Shown here: piece after piece, positions 59,576 through 64,000 of the stretch | Position numbering within the stretch: position 1 is the stretch's first letter | How the letters are laid out: the number at the start of each line of letters is the position of its first letter | Assembly (NCBI GenBank): GCA_913020445.1 | Contig: CAJWAR010000009.1 | Coordinates: forward strand, 23,605-87,604 | Length of the DNA: 64,000 nt | Source of the DNA: an uncultured Rhodospirillaceae bacterium | Lineage (GTDB): Bacteria > Pseudomonadota > Alphaproteobacteria > Rhodospirillales > UBA2165 | Direction: 5' to 3' | Notes under the pieces: model-generated | The model's database searches: none | What the model was told of the DNA's origin: nothing | The model's input: the letters and a program-made list of their open reading frames with translations, nothing else | Translations under genes and position numbers: made by a program

Positions 59576-59605
59576 TTGACTTTTAGGGTAAATCGGTATT
59601 AGAGT
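59576..59605 (+). promoter_or_regulatory. Candidate sigma70 promoter for the hemerythrin-GNAT operon
   Basis: TTGACT-18 bp-TAGAGT, ending 27 bp before the ATG with GGAG RBS. Confidence 0.35.
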
Positions 59606-59632
59606 ACCTAATTACTGATTTTGGAGTAAGTT

Positions 59633-60124
59633 ATGGACTTTAATACCCGCATCGCCAGGCAACTACACGACGAACATGTTGCTGTAATTGATTTGATGGA
59701 TAAGCTTGAAGAGTTTGTTGGCAGGGATCAACCCGATACCACAGACCCTCAAGTAGCCAATTTTCTTGGCGATTTAAAAGTAGTGATCGAAGGCGAAGTG
59801 ACCAACCATTTCAAATTTGAGGAAGACGGTTTGTTCCCAATCCTTAATAATGAAGGTGATGGCGATATGTCTGACTTATTGTCGGAAGAGCATGATGTTA
59901 TACTCCCATTGGGACTCGAATTGGTGGAAGCTATCAAAGTTGTACGCGGCGAAGGCTTTAAAGCTGGTAGCTGGCAGTCCTTTAAGCAATATGGCGCAGA
60001 GTTTTCTGACCGCTTGCGAGATCACGCTACCAAAGAGGAAATGGGTTTGGTGCCCATGATAGATGATATGCTTGAGGCGGGTGTAGATGCCGACCTCGCG
60101 GCTGAATACATAGATAAACGGTAA
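59633..60124 (+). CDS. Hemerythrin-like (HHE) domain protein
   Basis: LHDEH, HFKFEE..LFP, EEH, HATKEE. Confidence 0.8.
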   Translation: MDFNTRIARQLHDEHVAVIDLMDKLEEFVGRDQPDTTDPQVANFLGDLKVVIEGEVTNHFKFEEDGLFPILNNEGDGDMSDLLSEEHDVILPLGLELVEAIKVVRGEGFKAGSWQSFKQYGAEFSDRLRDHATKEEMGLVPMIDDMLEAGVDADLAAEYIDKR

Positions 60125-60174
60125 TAACAAACAGATGGAATCCATCGATAAATAAAATAGCAGGAGAAGTAATC

Positions 60175-60636
60175 ATGGATATTACAGAAAATATGACAAC
60201 CCGGCCATTAAAGACGACGGATTTGGATCAAGTTGTCGATATCGACAAGCGGATCGTCGGTTGGTCCCGGCGCGGTTTTTTTGAAAAGCGCGTAGAAGCG
60301 GCCGTTGATCGCCCCGACAACTACGTCGTTGTTGGTGTCGTCGACGGCACCACGCTCGTCGGCTATGCAATTGCTCGAATTCATGGCGGTGACTTTGGCA
60401 CCACAGAACGGACGGCAGCCTTGGATGCCATCGGTGTCGACCCCAGAGCTCAAGCCAAAGGCGTCGGCAAAATTCTCATGGATGGCCTCGATGATGTGCT
60501 ACGCAAAAAAGATGTCCATGAAATTCGCACACAAACCGACTGGCGCTTTCACGGCTTGTTAAAATATTTTGACGCCATGGGTTTTGAAGTTGCCCCGGCA
60601 CATGTTTTAGAACGTCAAGCCGACGCAAATTTCTAA
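60175..60636 (+). CDS. GNAT acetyltransferase
   Basis: RPL...DL..V..ID, IGVDP.AQAKGVG, YF.AMGF. Confidence 0.85.
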   Translation: MDITENMTTRPLKTTDLDQVVDIDKRIVGWSRRGFFEKRVEAAVDRPDNYVVVGVVDGTTLVGYAIARIHGGDFGTTERTAALDAIGVDPRAQAKGVGKILMDGLDDVLRKKDVHEIRTQTDWRFHGLLKYFDAMGFEVAPAHVLERQADANF

Positions 60637-60650
60637 CGGGAGGAAAAACA

Positions 60651-61163
60651 ATGGCAAAAACAAACATGGACATTGAATTCGTTGAAACCGACGATTTTGA
60701 ACAACCCGCTCGTGATCACGTGCCGGTACGGTCTCTGGTCGCGGATGATCTCGATGCGATTGTCAAAATTGATCGCTTGAGCACCGGCGAAGACCGTAAG
60801 GAGTATTATGAACGGCGCCTCCATGAAGCGCTCGAACAGTCAGGTGTCCGGGTTTCCTTGGTCGCTGAAGTTGATGATTTTGTCGCTGGTTTTATTATGG
60901 CGCGTGTTGATTTTGGTGAATTTGGCCGCGCCGAACCGGTTGCCGTCATCGATACTTTAGGTGTTGATCCGCGCTATCGCGGTAAAGGCGTCGGTGCCGC
61001 ATTGATGTCGCAATTGCTAACCAATTTGGACGGCTTACAAGTTGAGGCAACACGCACCGTCGTTGAATGGGATGACATTGATGTCCTCGCTTATATGCAA
61101 TCTTGTGGCTTCAAACCAAGTCAACGATTGGTCTTTGTCAGGAAAGTACCGCCGGCAACATAA
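60651..61163 (+). CDS. GNAT acetyltransferase (paralog of the upstream gene)
   Basis: RSL..DDL..I..ID, GEFG, LGVDP.YRGKGVG, GF.PSQRL. Confidence 0.85.
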   Translation: MAKTNMDIEFVETDDFEQPARDHVPVRSLVADDLDAIVKIDRLSTGEDRKEYYERRLHEALEQSGVRVSLVAEVDDFVAGFIMARVDFGEFGRAEPVAVIDTLGVDPRYRGKGVGAALMSQLLTNLDGLQVEATRTVVEWDDIDVLAYMQSCGFKPSQRLVFVRKVPPAT

Positions 61164-61187
61164 ATTTTCTACTTATTCTTCTCCCTG

Positions 61188-61229
61188 CCCTTCCTAACCC
61201 CCGTATCCCCCCGATACGATTGAGAAGGG
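61188..61229. terminator. Imperfect hairpin between convergent genes
   Basis: Inner CGTATC/GATACG stem with outer CCCTTC/GAAGGG pairing. Confidence 0.3.
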
Positions 61230-61277
61230 AAACTCCCCCCAAACTATCGCTGGCTAATAGCCAGCGATTTTTTTGTC

Positions 61278-62021
61278 TTATTTTACGACATAACCAAAAT
61301 ATTTGAGGGACAATTCGTCTCTGAAGCCACTTTTTATGACCTTTTTCAATGCCAGACGAAGATCTTCGGACACCTGCTTAGCCATACCTTTGCCGCCAGC
61401 CAACCAAATATTTTCTATGTTAAGAACTTGCCCAAATTTAAGGCGTAGTGACGTATCCTGGGCATTTTTGTTCCAGCGCGTAATTATTTCGTTTACATCG
61501 CCATACCAAGCCGCCACGCGTCCCATCTCAATCATCTTGATTGATTGCTTCACGTTATTGAAGGAAAGAATATTGTTGAAACCCTTTTCTTTCAGCTCCT
61601 GTTCGTGAGACGTACCACGCCAGGCGCCTACCGAAGGTAATTTTTTACCCTCATCAAAAGTATTGATGGGTTTTGCCAGTGACACAAATGCGCTTTTGGC
61701 CCCTATAATTGGTTCGATCCAGGTATAATTGTGTTCACGATCCGGTAAGCGCGATAATCCGGGAATAATGGCTTTGGAAAATCTACTTGCCTGTTTCATT
61801 GCCCGTGGCCACGGAACCAAACGATAATTGATCTGGTAGCCGGAAACTTCACTCACTTTCTGAACCAATTCGATCAAAATACCCGGCCTGGTGATTGAAT
61901 CCATCATATAGCCCGGTATTTCGGCGCCATACATGGTCAGAACTGGTTTGGTTTTTTGGGCGTATGACGAGCCACTAACGATTAGCAACGCAGCTAGGGC
62001 ACTAAAAAATCGCATCCACAT
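61278..62021 (-). CDS. Periplasmic substrate-binding protein (family 3-like), orphan
   Basis: Signal peptide, G...ELV, VPWPRA, R.PDRE..Y.W, GRV.AW. Confidence 0.75.
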   Translation of the reverse strand: MWMRFFSALAALLIVSGSSYAQKTKPVLTMYGAEIPGYMMDSITRPGILIELVQKVSEVSGYQINYRLVPWPRAMKQASRFSKAIIPGLSRLPDREHNYTWIEPIIGAKSAFVSLAKPINTFDEGKKLPSVGAWRGTSHEQELKEKGFNNILSFNNVKQSIKMIEMGRVAAWYGDVNEIITRWNKNAQDTSLRLKFGQVLNIENIWLAGGKGMAKQVSEDLRLALKKVIKSGFRDELSLKYFGYVVK

Positions 62022-62253
62022 TTTCGGGCCACTCCCATATTTATTTGCCTAAATAAAAGTAAGAATGAATGCATAAAAAAGCAACTACGACAGTATGCAC
62101 TAACAATTTAAAGAGAACCGTAAAAAACGATGGTTCAAAGATCAAAATTTGGACAATTTTTTTATGGATAATTTGCTTTCGCCACAAAGCGTACTTACTT
62201 AATCTTAATCAACTACAAATCTAAATTGTGATACCGAAAGTGAATACAGTTAA

Positions 62254-62697
62254 ATGCCTGTGCAAGGAATAGTCGACAACGAAATCGGGTTAATTGCTTA
62301 CCTTTTCACCGGAACGGTACTTATCGAAGAAATAATATCAGCCCATAAAGAAGTTTCAAAATCCGTTCATCAAGGTAAAACCTATTTAGAAATTAATCTT
62401 TTTGATCGGGACTCCAGATACCACGAATTAGAGCTTGAAGGTATGTCGCGCCTTAGCCAATTCAATGTTGATAATTTTGATCGTCAAAACTTAATTAGAG
62501 AAAAAATTGTATCGATCGAACTTTCCACTGAAATTGAAATCATAAATCGACTTTGGCTGGCATTGGTCGACAGTGAAGATGATTTTAAATCCTCCTACGC
62601 GTCGTTTAAATCGCTAGAAGAGAGTTGTGAGTGGCTCGGTATCAATCTGTTAGCGGCAAAACAGCTGCTGCAAAAAATCGGTTACGAACTTGGATAA
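62254..62697 (+). CDS. Hypothetical protein
   Basis: 147 aa AT-rich ORF filling the gap; F.SLEE..EWL C-terminal pattern. Confidence 0.55.
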   Translation: MPVQGIVDNEIGLIAYLFTGTVLIEEIISAHKEVSKSVHQGKTYLEINLFDRDSRYHELELEGMSRLSQFNVDNFDRQNLIREKIVSIELSTEIEIINRLWLALVDSEDDFKSSYASFKSLEESCEWLGINLLAAKQLLQKIGYELG

Positions 62698-62703
62698 CAC
62701 TCG

Positions 62704-63552
62704 TTAAGCAGCTTTCGCCAGCGCGCCAAAGGCTGTCACATGCACTCCGGCGGTGTCTCTCCGGTCAATCACATAGCTGGCAAATTTTTCCGCCAAACCA
62801 GGTGGCTGCCAATCAACCAAAGCCTGTTGATAGCTTGGCCGGGCTTTGACACGCTCAAACCATTGGCAAAGATTTTCATAGCGCTCAAGTGGCCAATCCA
62901 TCAGCATCATGCGATGCACGTTTGGCATCCAGGCAATATCCGCGAGCGTCATTTCGGATCCTATCAACCAATTTTGCTTTGCCACCGCCTTATCCAATTT
63001 AAAAAAGTCCTCATCTGTACGAGTGACCGCTGCATCCAGTTTTTCTTTAGGAAAAATATCGCCGCCCTGCCATTCTTTGACAAAATCTACCAGACCTCGA
63101 TTATTGTGTCTGGCGGCAAACTCCTCGACCTCCAACTCGTTCATTGGCTTTCGTGGCCGGAACAGAAATTCGTGAGAGAGCAGTTTCAGATCGGCCTGAG
63201 CCTTATCAGCGGCGGATAACAACTCTAACATGGTGGTTTCGCTTGCTGCGTTTGCTGGCCGCAATGGCGGCTCCGGATATTTCTGATCGAGATAGTCAAT
63301 GATGTCGCAGGATTCGATCAACAACGTGCCATTATCAACAAAAGCCGGCACCAATCCTTTGGGGTTGATCGCTTGATATTCCGGCGTTGCGTGCTCATTG
63401 TCAGGAATACTGATTTCATAGCTTTCCCAAGCCAGGCCCTTTTCCGCCAGTGTAATACGCACCCGCTGTGAACAGCTTGAGAGCCCACTGTGCCAGAGAT
63501 GCAGGCCTTTTAAATCTTTGAGAGATGTATCTTTTGGTTCAATAATTGGCAT
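62704..63552 (-). CDS. Glutathione S-transferase family protein
   Basis: SSCSQRVR..LAEKG, INPKGLVP, IESCDIIDYLD, TLADIAW. Confidence 0.9.
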   Translation of the reverse strand: MPIIEPKDTSLKDLKGLHLWHSGLSSCSQRVRITLAEKGLAWESYEISIPDNEHATPEYQAINPKGLVPAFVDNGTLLIESCDIIDYLDQKYPEPPLRPANAASETTMLELLSAADKAQADLKLLSHEFLFRPRKPMNELEVEEFAARHNNRGLVDFVKEWQGGDIFPKEKLDAAVTRTDEDFFKLDKAVAKQNWLIGSEMTLADIAWMPNVHRMMLMDWPLERYENLCQWFERVKARPSYQQALVDWQPPGLAEKFASYVIDRRDTAGVHVTAFGALAKAA

Positions 63553-63642
63553 CTATTTTTCCTCACCGATTCTTTAGTCGACACCTTAATATATCCGCCT
63601 TAGCATACGCAAAAATAATTATTAAGCAGGGGAGATTCTACT

Positions 63643-64000
63643 ATGCCGCTTATCGATACTACAAATGAAGAAGTTAAGTCATTCACTGGTCTTCATCTCT
63701 ATCACTTTTGGCTATCGTCCTGTTCCCAACGAGTGCGCATTGTAATGGCCGAGAAAGGCTTGGAATGGGTAAGCCACGAAATCGATCTCGAAAAACAAGA
63801 ACATGCAACACCGGAATATCAATCGATTCATCCCGATGGTGTGGTCCCGGCTCTGGTCCATGACGGCCAGGTCATTATCGAATCTATTGATATCATCGAC
63901 TACCTGGATACGACTTTTCCCGAGCCGCCGCTTCGCCCAGCATCAGATGAAGCCATCGCGGAAATGCATCAATGGATGCAGAATGCCGATGGCGCCCAGC
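63643..64000 (+). CDS. Glutathione S-transferase family protein, 3'-truncated by window edge (absent from ORF track)
   Basis: Own translation: MPLIDTTNEEVKSFTGLHLYHFWLSSCSQRVRIVMAEKG..HATPEYQSIHPDGVVP..IESIDIIDYLD; GGGGAG RBS. Confidence 0.9.
   Translation, partial: MPLIDTTNEEVKSFTGLHLYHFWLSSCSQRVRIVMAEKGLEWVSHEIDLEKQEHATPEYQSIHPDGVVPALVHDGQVIIESIDIIDYLDTTFPEPPLRPASDEAIAEMHQWMQNADGAQ

Noticed and set aside
59570-59612. FNR/FixK box upstream of the hemerythrin gene
   Set aside because: Does not match TTGAT-N4-ATCAA; only the TTGA half is present
1-64000. CRISPR array, rRNA, prophage, intact transposon or riboswitch
   Set aside because: No regularly spaced repeats, phage genes or full transposase seen; structured RNAs cannot be excluded without a covariance-model search

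Overview
A gene-dense bacterial window, most consistent with a marine Rhodospirillales-like alphaproteobacterium (inferred from gene content, not verified). 1-6.4 kb: catabolic genes (UbiD decarboxylase, archaeal-type CTP riboflavin kinase, amidohydrolase, class III aminotransferase, arylsulfotransferase) with IS30 and IS3 remnants, ending at tRNA-Phe. 6.6-28.3 kb is the most interesting part: a hopanoid cluster (ispG, hpnC, hpnB, hpnD, shc, hpnG, hpnH, ispH, hpnA, hpnN, hpnL-like, hpnM; no hpnE/I/J/K/O in the window) interleaved with a complete 2-aminoethylphosphonate (AEP) pathway (pepM-cytidylyltransferase fusion, ppd, AEP transaminase), a PhnY-like dioxygenase, a second cytidylyltransferase and three CDP-alcohol phosphotransferases. 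It is a candidate pathway for phosphonate-modified hopanoids, or for a co-regulated phosphonolipid. 28.3-64 kb: msrA, an MFS transporter, an FAD monooxygenase, a pyrogallol-transhydroxylase-like Mo enzyme pair, a selenoneine locus (senA/senB plus a PhnCDE-like putative selenium-oxyanion ABC transporter), a CoA ligase/XDH/UbiD/LLM operon, a TTT transporter, an RdhA/QueG-like Fe-S protein, a PAS kinase, a hemerythrin with two GNATs, and divergent GST paralogs. No CRISPR array or rRNA was seen. All calls come from motif recognition; no searches were run.
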